Origin: Eledone cirrhosa
Lineage: Eukaryota
Direction of reading: 5' to 3'
NCBI GenBank assembly: GCA_964016885.1
Contig: OZ024744.1
Coordinates: forward strand, 121,334,001-121,398,000
Length of the DNA stretch: 64,000 nt
Numbering within the stretch: position 1 is the stretch's first letter; every line of letters starts with the position of its first letter. This document shows, piece after piece, positions 53,581-64,000 of the stretch. Made by a program: the position numbers and the translations under genes. Under the pieces are notes generated by a model that worked only from the letters and a program-made list of their open reading frames with translations, was not told the DNA's origin and made no database searches.

Positions 53581-56500
53581 AGAGGTAGTGATAGATGTTG
53601 TGAACAGATATAGTGTGAGATGGTTGGGTCATGTGTTGAGGAAGTATGAAAGTGACTGGGTGAGAGGAATAGAGGTAGAGATGGATGTTGTGAAGAGAGA
53701 TAGTGTGAGATGGTTGGGTCATGTGTTGAGGAAGTGTGAAAGTGACTGGGTGAGAGGAATAGAGGTTTTGATGGATGTTGTGAAGAGAGATAGTGTGAGA
53801 TGGTTGGGTCATGTGTTGAGGAAGCATGAAAGTGACTGGGTGAGAGGAATAGAGGTAGTGATGGATGTTGTGAAGAGAGATAGTGTGAGATGGTTGGGTC
53901 ATGTGTTGAGGAAGGATAAAAGTGACTGGGTGAGAGGAATAGAGGTAGTGATGGATGTTGCGAAGAGAGATAGTGTGAGATGGTTGGGTCATGTGTTGAG
54001 GAAGGATAAAAGTGACTGGGTGAGAGGAATAGAGTTTTTGATGGATGTTGTGAAGAGAGATAGTGTGAGATGGTTAGCTCATGTGTTGAGGAAGGATAAA
54101 AGTGACTGGGTGAGAGGAATAGAGGTAGTGATGGATGTTGTGAAGAGAGATAGTGTGAGATGGTTGGGTCATGTGTTGAGGAAGGTTGAATGTGAATGGG
54201 TGAGAGGAATAGAGGTTTTGATGGATGTTGTGAAGAGAGATAGTGTGAGATGGTTAGCTCATGTGTTGAGGAAGGATAAAAGTGACTGGGTGAGAGGAAT
54301 AGAGGTTGTGATGGATGTTGTGAAGCGAGATAGTGTGAGATGGTTGGGTCATGTGTTGAGGAAGTATGAAAGTGACTGGGTGAGAGGAATAGAGGTAGTG
54401 ATAGATGTTGTGAAGACAGATAGTGTGAGATGGTTGTGTCATGTGTTGAGGAAGTATGAAAGTGACTGGGTGAGAGGAATAGAGGTAGTGATGGATGTTG
54501 TGAAGAGAGATAGTGTGAGATGGTTGGGTCATGTGTTGAGGAAGGAGTAAAGTGACTGGGTGAGAGGAATAGAGGTAGTGATGGATGTTGTGAAGAGAGA
54601 TAGTGTGAGATGGTTAGGTCATGTGTTGAGGAGGGATAAAGGTGACTGGGTGAGAGGAATAGAGGTAGTGATGGATGTTGTGAAGAGAGATCGTGTGAGA
54701 TGGTTGGGTCATGTGTTAACGAAGTATGAATGTGACTGGGTGAGAGGAATAGAGGTAGTTATGGATGTTGTGAAGAGAGATAGTGTGAGATGGTTGGGTC
54801 ATGTGTTGAGGAAGGATGAAAGTGACTGGGTGAGAGGAATAGAGGTAGTGATGGATGTTGTGAAGAGAGATAGTGTGAGATGGTTGGGTCATGTGTTGAG
54901 GAAGGATAAAAGTGACTGGGTGAGAGGAATAGAGGTAGTGATGGATGTTGTGAAGAGAGATAGTCTGAGATGGTTAGGTCATGTGTTGAGGAAGGATGAA
55001 AGTGACTGGGTGAGAGGAATAGAGGTAGTTATGGATGTTGTGAAGAGAGATAGTGTGAGATGGTTGGGTCATGTGTTGAGGAAGGATAAAAGTGACTGGG
55101 TGAGAGGAATAGAGGAAGTGATGGATGTTGTGAAGAGAGATAGTGTGAGATGGTTGGGTCATGTGTTGAGGAAGGCTAAAAGTGACTGGGTGAGAGGAAT
55201 AGAGGTAGTGATGGATGTGGGTGAAGAGAGATAGTGTGAGATGGTTGAGTCATGTGTTGAGGAAGGATGAGAATGACTGGGTGAGAGGAATAGAGGTAGT
55301 GATGGATGTTGTGAAGAGAGATAGTGTGAGATGGTTGGGTCATGTGTTGAGGAAGGATGAAAATGACTAGGTGAGAGGAACAGAGGTAGTGATGGATGTT
55401 GTGAAGAGAGATAGTGTGAGATGGTTGGATCATGTGTTGAGGAAGGATAAAGGTGACTGGGTGAGTGGAATAGAGGTAGTGATGGATGTTGTGAAGAGAG
55501 ATAGTGTGGGACGGTTCGGTCATGTGTTGAGGAAGTATGAAAATGACTGGGTGAGAGGAATCAGAGGTAGTGATGGATGTTGTGAAGAGAGATAGTGAGA
55601 TGGTTGGGTCATGTGTTGAGGATGTATGAAAGTGACGGGGTGACAGGAATAGAGGTAGTGATGGATGTTGTGAAGAGAGATAGTGAGATGGTTGGGCCAT
55701 GTGTTGAGGAAGGTTGAATGTGAATGGGTGAAGGAATAGAGGTAGTGATGGATGTTGTGAAGAGAGATAGTGTGGGACGGTTGGGTCATGTGTTGAGGAA
55801 GTATGAAAGTGACTGGGTGAGAGGAATCAGAGGTAGTGATGGATGTTGTGAAGAGAGATAGTGTGAGATGGTTGGGTCATGTGTTGAGGAAGGATAAAAG
55901 TGACTGGGTGAGAGGAATAGAGGTGGTGATGGATGTTGTGAAGAGAGATAGTGTGGGACGGTTGGGTTATGTGTTCAGGAATTATGAAAGTGACTGGGTG
56001 AGAGGAATCAGAGGTAGTGATGGATGTTGTTAAGAGAGATAGTGTGAGATGGTTGGGTCATGTGTTAAGGAAGTATGAAAATGACTGGGTGAGAGGAATC
56101 AGAGGTAGTGATGGATGTTGTGAAGAGAGATAGTGTGAGATGGTTAGCTCATGCGTTGAGGAAGGATAAAAGTGACTGGGTGAGAGGAATAGAGGTTGTG
56201 ATGGATGTTGTGAAGAGAGATAGTGTGAGATGGTTGGGTCATGTGTTGAGGAAGTATGAAAGTGACTGGGTGAGAGGAATAGAGGTAGTGATGGATGTTG
56301 TGAAGAGAGATAGTGTGAGATGGTTGGGTCATATGTTGAGGAAGGATAAAAGTGACTGGGTGAGAGGAATAGAGGTAGTGATGGATGTTGTGAGGAGAGA
56401 TAGTGTGAGATGGTTGGTTCATGTGTTGAGGCAGTATGAAAGTGACTGGGTGAGAGGAATAGAGGTAGTGATAGATGTTGTAAAGGTAGATAGTGTGAGA

Positions 56501-59500
56501 TGGTTGGGTCATGTGTTGATGAAGGTTAAAAGTGACTGGGTGAGTGGAATAGAAGTAGTGATGGATGTTGTGAAGAGAGATAGTGTGGGACGGTAGGGTC
56601 ATGTTTTGAGGAAGTATGAAAGTGACTGGGTGAGAGGAATAGAGGTAGAGATGGATGTTGTGAAGAGAGATAGTGTGAGATGGTTGGGTCATGTGTTGAG
56701 GAAGCATGAAAGTGACTGGGTGAGAGGAATAGTAGGGAGTGATAGATTTTGTGAAGAGAGATAGTGTGAGATGGTTGGGTCATGTGTTGAGGAAGGATAA
56801 AAGTGACTGGGTGAGAGGAATAGAGGTTGTGATGGATGTTGTGAAGAGAGATAGTGTGAGATGGTTGGGTCATGTGTTGAGGAAGTATGAAAGTGACTGG
56901 GTGAGAGGAATAGAGGTAGTGATGGATGTTGTGAAGAGAGATAGTGTGAGATGGTTGGGTCATGTGTTGAGGAAGGATAAAAGTGAGTGGGTGAGAGGAA
57001 TAGAGGTAGTGATGGATGTTGTGAAGAGAGATAGTGTGAGATGGTTGGGTCATGTGTTGAGGAAGGTTGAATGTGAATGGGTGAGAGGAACAGAGGTAGT
57101 GATGGATGTTGCGAAGAGAGATAGTGTGAGATGGTTGGGTCATGTGTTGAGGAAGGATAAAAGTGACTGTATGAGAGGAATAGAGGTTTTGATGGATGTT
57201 GTGAAGAGAGATAGTGTGAGATGGTTGGGTCATGTGTTGAGGAAGGATTAAAGTGACTGGGTGAGAGGAATAGAGGTAGTGATGGATGTTGTGAAGAGAG
57301 ATAGTGTGAGATGGTTGGGTCATGTGTTGAGGAAGGATAAAAGTGACTGGGTGAGAGGAATAGAGGTAGTGATGGATGTTGTAAAGGTAGATAGTGTGAG
57401 ATGGTTGGATCATGTGTTGAGGAAGGTTAAAAGTGACTGGGTGAGTGGAATAGAGGTAGTGATGGATGTTGTGAAGAGAGATAGTGTGGGACGGTAGGGT
57501 CATGTGTTGAGGAAGTATGAAAGTGACTGGGTGAGAGGAATAAGAGGTAGTGATGGATGTTGTGAAGAGAGATAGTGTGAGATGGGTGGGTCATGTGTTG
57601 AGGAATGATAAAACTGACTGGGTGAGAGGAATAGAGGTAGTGATGGATGTTGTGACTAGAGATAGTGTGAGATGGTTGGGTCATGTTTTGAGGAAGTATG
57701 AAAGTGACTGGGTGAGAGGAATAGAGGTAGTGACGGATGTTGTGAAGAGAGATAGTGTGAGATGGTTGGGTCATATGTTGAGGAAGGATAAAAGTGACTG
57801 GGTGAGAGGAATAGAGGTAGTGATGGATGTTGTGAGGAGAGATAGTGTGAGATAGTTGGGTCATGTGTTGAGGAAGTATGAAAGTGACCGGGTGAGAGGA
57901 ATAGAGGTAGTGATGGATGTTGTGAAGAGAGATAGTTTGAGATGGTTGGGTCATGTGTTGAGGAAGTATGAAAGTGACTGGGTGAGAGGAATAGAGGTAG
58001 AGATGGATGTTGTGGAGAGATAGTGTGAGATGGTTGGGTCATGTGTTGAGGAAGTATGAAAGTGACTGGGTGAGAGGAATAGAGGTAGTGATGGATGTTG
58101 TGAAGAGAGATAGTGTGAGATGGTTGGGTCATGTGTTGAGGAAGGATAAAAGTGACTGGGTGAGAGGAATAGAGGTAGTGATGGATGTTGTGAAGAGAGA
58201 TAGTGTGAGATGGTTAGCTCATGTGTTGAGGAAGGATAAAAGTGACTGGGTGAGAGGAATAGAGGTTGTGATGGATGTTGAGAAGAGAGATAGTGTGAGA
58301 TGGTTGGGTAATGTGTTGAGGAAGTATGAAAGTGACTGGGTGAGAGGAATAGAGGTAGTGATAGATGTTGTGAACAGAGATAGTGTGAGATGGTTGGGTC
58401 ATGTGTTGAGGAAGTATGAAAGTGACTGGGTGAGAGGAATAGAGGTAGAGATGGATGTTGTGAAGAGAGATAGTGTGAGATGGTTGGGTCATGTGTTGAG
58501 GAAGTGTGAAAGTGACTGGGTGAGAGGAATAGAGGTTTTGATGGATGTTGTGAAGAGAGATAGTGTGAGATGGTTGGGTCATGTGTTGAGGAAGCATGAA
58601 AGTGACTGGGTGAGAGGAATAGAGGTAGTGATGGATGTTGTGAAGAGAGATAGTGTGAGATGGTTGGGTCATGTGTTGAGGAAGGATAAAAGTGACTGGG
58701 TGAGAGGAATAGAGGTAGTGATGGATGTTGCGAAGAGAGATAGTGTGAGATGGTTGGGTCATGTGTTGAGGAAGGATAAAAGTGACTGGGTGAGAGGAAT
58801 AGAGTTTTTGATGGATGTTGTGAAGAGAGATAGTGTGAGATGGTTAGCTCATGTGTTGAGGAAGGATAAAAGTGACTGGGTGAGAGGAATAGAGGTAGTG
58901 ATGGATGTTGTGAAGAGAGATAGTGTGAGATGGTTGGGTCATGTGTTGAGGAAGGTTGAATGTGAATGGGTGAGAGGAATAGAGGTTTTGATGGATGTTG
59001 TGAAGAGAGATAGTGTGAGATGGTTAGCTCATGTGTTGAGGAAGGATAAAAGTGACTGGGTGAGAGGAATAGAGGTTGTGATGGATGTTGTGAAGCGAGA
59101 TAGTGTGAGATGGTTGGGTCATGTGTTGAGGAAGTATGAAAGTGACTGGGTGAGAGGAATAGAGGTAGTGATAGATGTTGTGAAGACAGATAGTGTGAGA
59201 TGGTTGTGTCATGTGTTGAGGAAGGATTAAAGTGACTGGGTGAGAGGAATAGAGGTAGTGATGGATGTTGTGAAGAGAGATAGTGTGAGATGGTTAGGTC
59301 ATGTGTTGAGGAGGGATAAAGGTGACTGGGTGAGAGGAATAGAGGTAGTGATGGATGTTGTGAAGAGAGATCGTGTGAGATGGTTGGGTCATGTGTTAAC
59401 GAAGTATGAATGTGACTGGGTGAGAGGAATAGAGGTAGTTATGGATGTTGTGAAGAGAGATAGTGTGAGATGGTTGGGTCATGTGTTGAGGAAGGATGAA

Positions 59501-61160
59501 AGTGACTGGGTGAGAGGAATAGAGGTAGTGATGGATGTTGTGAAGAGAGATAGTGTGAGATGGTTGGGTCATGTGTTGAGGAAGGATAAAAGTGACTGGG
59601 TGAGAGGAATAGAGGTAGTGATGGATGTTGTGAAGAGAGATAGTCTGAGATGGTTAGGTCATGTGTTGAGGAAGGATGAAAGTGACTGGGTGAGAGGAAT
59701 AGAGGTAGTTATGGATGTTGTGAAGAGAGATAGTGTGAGATGGTTGGGTCATGTGTTGAGGAAGGATAAAAGTGACTGGGTGAGAGGAATAGAGGAAGTG
59801 ATGGATGTTGTGAAGAGAGATAGTGTGAGATGGTTGGGTCATGTGTTGAGGAAGGCTAAAAGTGACTGGGTGAGAGGAATAGAGGTAGTGATGGATGTGG
59901 GTGAAGAGAGATAGTGTGAGATGGTTGAGTCATGTGTTGAGGAAGGATGAGAATGACTGGGTGAGAGGAATAGAGGTAGTGATGGATGTTGTGAAGAGAG
60001 ATAGTGTGAGATGGTTGGGTCATGTGTTGAGGAAGGATGAAAATGACTAGGTGAGAGGAACAGAGGTAGTGATGGATGTTGTGAAGAGAGATAGTGTGAG
60101 ATGGTTGGATCATGTGTTGAGGAAGGATAAAGGTGACTGGGTGAGTGGAATAGAGGTAGTGATGGATGTTGTGAAGAGAGATAGTGTGGGACGGTTCGGT
60201 CATGTGTTGAGGAAGTATGAAAATGACTGGGTGAGAGGAATCAGAGGTAGTGATGGATGTTGTGAAGAGAGATAGTGAGATGGTTGGGTCATGTGTTGAG
60301 GATGTATGAAAGTGACGGGGTGAGAGGAATAGAGGTAGTGATGGATGTTGTGAAGAGAGATAGTGAGATGGTTGGGCCATGTGTTGAGGAAGGTTGAATG
60401 TGAATGGGTGAAGGAATAGAGGTAGTGATGGATGTTGTGAAGAGAGATAGTGTGGGACGGTTGGGTCATGTGTTGAGGAAGTATGAAAGTGACTGGGTGA
60501 GAGGAATCAGAGGTAGTGATGGATGTTGTGAAGAGAGATAGTGTGAGATGGTTGGGTCATGTGTTGAGGAAGGATAAAAGTGACTGGGTGAGAGGAATAG
60601 AGGTGGTGATGGATGTTGTGAAGAGAGATAGTGTGGGACGGTTGGGTTATGTGTTCAGGAATTATGAAAGTGACTGGGTGAGAGGAATCAGAGGTAGTGA
60701 TGGATGTTGTTAAGAGAGATAGTGTGAGATGGTTGGGTCATGTGTTAAGGAAGTATGAAAATGACTGGGTGAGAGGAATCAGAGGTAGTGATGGATGTTG
60801 TGAAGAGAGATAGTGTGAGATGGTTAGCTCATGCGTTGAGGAAGGATAAAAGTGACTGGGTGAGAGGAATAGAGGTTGTGATGGATGTTGTGAAGAGAGA
60901 TAGTGTGAGATGGTTGGGTCATGTGTTGAGGAAGTATGAAAGTGACTGGGTGAGAGGAATAGAGGTAGTGATGGATGTTGTGAAGAGAGATAGTGTGAGA
61001 TGGTTGGGTCATATGTTGAGGAAGGATAAAAGTGACTGGGTGAGAGGAATAGAGGTAGTGATGGATGTTGTGAGGAGAGATAGTGTGAGATGGTTGGTTC
61101 ATGTGTTGAGGCAGTATGAAAGTGACTGGGTGAGAGGAATAGAGGTAGTGATAGATGTTG
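51800..61160 (+). repeat. 52-monomer higher-order repeat (4680 bp), two tandem copies with one monomer gained and one lost internally
   Basis: ORF offsets 4680 (51846/56526, 52059/56739), then 4770 (52491/57261, 52780/57550, 53444/58214), then 4680 again (54560/59240, 55371/60051, 55836/60516, 56108/60788). Confidence 0.92.
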
Positions 61161-64000
61161 TGAAGAGAGATAGTGTGAGATGGTTGGGTCATGTGTTGAG
61201 GAAGGATAAAAGTGACTGGGTGAGAGGAATAGAGGTAGTGATGGATGTTGTGAAGAGAGATAGTGTGAGATGGTTGGGTCATGTGTTGAGGAAGGATAAA
61301 AGTGAGTGGGTGAGAGGAATAGAGGTAGTGATGGATGTTGTGAAGAGAGATAGTTTGAGATGGTTGGGTCATGTGTTGAGGAAGGTTGAATGTGAATGGG
61401 TGAGAGGAATAGAGCTTTTGATGGATGTTGTGAAGAGAGATAGTGTGAGAGGGTTAGCTCAGGTGTTGAGGAAGGATAAAAGTGACTGGGTGAGAGGGAT
61501 AGAGGTTGTGATGGATGTTGTGAAGAGAGATAGTGTGAGATGGTTGGGTCATGTGTTGAGGAAGTATGAAAGTGACTGGGTGAGAGGAATAGAGGTAGAG
61601 ATGGATGTTGTGAAGAGAGATAGAGTGAGATGGTTGGGTCATGTGTTGAGGAAGTATGAAAGTGACTGGGTGAGGGAATAGAGGTAGTGATGGATGATGT
61701 GAAAAGAGATAGTGTGAGATGGTTGGGTCATGTGTTGAGGAAGTATGAAAGTGACTGGGTGAGAGGAATAGAGGTAGAGATGGATGTTGTGAAGAGAGAT
61801 AGTGTGCGATGGTTGGGTCATGTGTTGAGGAAGTATGAAAGTGACTGGGTGAGAGGAATAGAGGTAGTGATAGATTTTGTGAAGAGAGATAGTGTGAGAT
61901 GGTTGGGTCATGTGTTAAGGAAGGATAAAAGTGACTGGGTGAGAGGAATAGAGGTAGTGATGGATGTTGTGAAGAGAGATAGTGTGAGATGGTTGGGTCA
62001 TGTGTTGAGGAAGGATAAAAGTGAGTGGGTGAGAGGAATAGAGGTAGTGATGGATGTTGTGAAGAGAGATAGTTTGAGATGGTTGGGTCATGTGTTGAGG
62101 AAGGTTGAATGTGAATGGGTGAGAGGAATAGAGGTTTTGATGGATGTTGTGAAGACAGATAGTGTGAGATGGTTGGGTCATGTGTTGAGGAAGTATGAAA
62201 GTGACTGGGTGAGAGGAATAGAGGTAGTGATGGATGTTGTGAAGAGAGATAGTGTGAGATGGTTGGGTCATGTGTTGAGGAGGGATAAAATTGATTGGGT
62301 GAGAGGAATAGAGGTAGTGATGGATGTTGTGAAGAGAGATAGTGTGAGATGGTTGGGTCATGTGTTGAGGAAGGATAAAAGTGAGTGGGTGAGAGGAATA
62401 GAGGTAGTGATGGATGTTGTGAAGAGAGATAGTGTGAGATGGTTGGGTCATGTGTTGAGGAAGGATTAAAGTGACTGGGTGAGAGGAATAGAGGTAGTGA
62501 TGGATGTTGTGAAGAGAGATAGTGTGAGATGGTTGGGTCATGTGTTGAGGAGGGATAAAATTGATTGGGTGAGAGGAATAGAGGTAGTGATGGATGTAGT
62601 GAAGAGAGATAGTGTGAGATGGTTGGGTCATGTGTTGAGGAAGTATGAAAGTGACTGGGTGAGAGGAATAGAGGTAGTGATAGATGTTGTGAAGACAGAT
62701 AGTGTGAGATGGTTGGGTCATGTGTTGAGGAAGTATGAAAGTGACTGGGTGAGAGGAATAGAGGTAGTGATGGATGTTGTGAAGAGAGATAGTGTGAGAT
62801 GGTTGGGTCATGTGTTGAGGAAGGATTAAAGTGACTGGGTGAGAGGAATCGAGGTAGTGATGGATGTTGTGAAGAGAGATAGTGTGAGATGGTTGGGTCA
62901 TGTGTTGAGGAAGGATAAAAGTGACTGGGTGAGAGGAATAGAGGTAGTGATGGATGTTGTAAAGGTAGATAGTGTGAGATGGTTGGATCATGTGTTGAGG
63001 AAGGTTAAAAGTGACTGGGTGAGTGGAATAGAGGTAGTGATGGATGTTGTGAAGAGAGATAGTGTGAGATGGTTGGATCATATGTTGAGGAAGGATAAAA
63101 GTGACTGGGTGAGAGGAATAGAGGTAGTGATGGATGTTGTGAGGAGAGATAGTGTGAGATAGTTGGGTCATATGTTGAGGAAGGATAAAAGTGACTGGGT
63201 GAGAGGAATAGAGTTAGTGATGGATGTTGTGAAGAGAGATAGTGTGGGACGGTAGGGTCATGTGTTGAGGAAGTATGAAAGTGACTGGGTGAGAGGAATA
63301 AGAGGTAGTGATGGATGTTGTGAAGAGAGATAGTGTGAGATGGTTGGGTCATGTGTTGAGGAAGGATAAAAGTGAGTGGGTGAGAGGAATAGAGGTAGTG
63401 ATGGATGTTGTGAAGAGAGATAGTGTGAGATGGTTGGGTCATGTTTTGAGGAAGTATGAAAGTGACTGGGTGAGAGGAATAGAGGTAGTGACGGATGTTG
63501 TGAAGAGAGATAGTGTGAGATGGTTGGGTCATATGTTGAGGAAGGATAAAAGTGACTGGGTGAGAGGAATAGAGGTAGTGATGGATGTTGTGAGGAGAGA
63601 TAGTGTGAGATGGTTGGGTCATGTGTTGAGGAAGTATGAAAGTGACTGGGTGAGAGGAATAGAGGTAGTGATAGATGTTGTGAAGACAGATAGTGTGAGA
63701 TGGTTGTGTAATGTGTTGAGGAAGTATGAAAGTGACTGGGTGAGAGGAATAGAGGTAGTGATGGATGTTGTGAAGAGAGATAGTGTGAGATGGTTGGGTC
63801 ATGTGTTGAGGAAGGATTAAAGTGACTGGGTGAGAGGAATAGAGGTAGTGATGGATGTTGTGAAGAGAGATAGTGTGAGATGGTTAGGTCATGTGTTGAG
63901 GAGGGATAAAAGTGACTGGGTGAGAGGAATAGAGGTAGTGATGGATGTTGTGAAGAGAGATCGTGTGAGATGGTTGGGTCATGTGTTAAGGAAGTATGAA

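Larger units (their letters stand above)
34560..56220 (+). repeat. Long-range duplicated block (~5.9 kb): ~34560-40480 recurs at ~50300-56220 (offset 15742/15832 bp)
   Basis: ORF pairs 35093/50835, 35326/51068, 37702/53444, 38818/54560, 39629/55371, 40094/55836, 40366/56108 (15742) and 35848/51680, 36227/52059, 36948/52780 (15832). Confidence 0.85.
1..64000 (+). repeat. 90-bp tandem satellite array (~711 head-to-tail monomers, runs off both window ends)
   Basis: The unit GATAAAAGTGACTGGGTGAGAGGAATAGAGGTAGTGATGGATGTTGTGAAGAGAGATAGTGTGAGATGGTTGGGTCATGTGTTGAGGAAG recurs every 90 bp (starts at 1, 91, 181, 271...; last start at 63995 = 1+711x90+4). Monomers differ by a few substitutions and occasional 1-2 bp indels. 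No inversion or foreign insertion seen. Confidence 0.99.
1..64000 (+). mobile_element. Satellite monomer derived from a 90-bp coding fragment of an RTE-like non-LTR retrotransposon (LINE), region C-terminal to the RT domain; not an intact element
   Basis: The in-frame + strand translation GIEVVMDVVKRDSVRWLGHVLRKDKSDWVR matches the layout I recall for the RTE-clade ORF C-terminal region (G-I/V-E-x-I/V-x-D-x-V-x-R-x-R-L-R-W-F/L/Y-G-H-V-x-R-x-D-x-x-x-W-V-K/R). Recognised by motif only, no search run. No endonuclease, RT core (YADD-type motif) or 3' tail is present. Confidence 0.72.

Noticed and set aside
1-64000. CRISPR array or other repeat-spacer system
   Set aside because: There are no unique spacers. 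The variable positions are point variants of one 90-bp unit. No palindromic repeat, leader or cas genes.
1-64000. Intact or autonomous retrotransposon, or tandem array of whole SINEs
   Set aside because: Only a 30-codon fragment is present. No endonuclease or RT core, poly(A)/microsatellite tail, target-site duplications, or recognisable Pol III A/B boxes.
1-64000. Diversity-generating or antigenic-variation cassette library
   Set aside because: Variants are inherited in blocks with the duplications, are not adenine-specific, and include stops and frameshifts. No expression site, RT or recombinase is present.
1-64000. Regular 180-bp dimeric (A/B) structure
   Set aside because: GATAAA- and TATGAA-type monomers do not alternate consistently, and many HOR periods are odd numbers of monomers (11, 17, 21, 37, 41).
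1-64000. Whole array as an assembly or synthetic artefact
   Set aside because: Hierarchically shared variants, position-dependent marker domains and private SNVs between duplicate blocks are what a naturally evolving satellite shows. Individual duplications still need read support.

Overview
The whole 64 kb window is one uninterrupted, head-to-tail, single-orientation tandem satellite array with a 90-bp monomer. I count 711 complete monomers plus 6 bp by tracking phase by eye. Consensus: GATAAAAGTGACTGGGTGAGAGGAATAGAGGTAGTGATGGATGTTGTGAAGAGAGATAGTGTGAGATGGTTGGGTCATGTGTTGAGGAAG (38 G, 27 A, 23 T, 2 C, no CpG). I see no unique sequence, gene, RNA gene, CRISPR array or intact mobile element, and the listed ORFs are by-products of a stop-free 90-bp unit. 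The main observation is that the monomer reads in frame as GIEVVMDVVKRDSVRWLGHVLRKDKSDWVR, which resembles the conserved 'RLRW[F/L/Y]GHVxR...W' segment downstream of the reverse-transcriptase domain of RTE-clade LINE retrotransposons. This suggests a eukaryotic (probably animal) satellite amplified from a 90-bp coding fragment of a LINE; it is inferred from motif recognition, not a database search. The array has nested, locally varying higher-order repeats (6-, 11-, 12-, 17-, 21-, 28-, 37-, 41-, 52-mers), two partly homogenised sub-domains (left and right of ~28-35 kb), a recurring indel-rich block with net-zero length change, and an apparent long-range sequence transfer. Boundaries of internal duplications were read by eye and are approximate.
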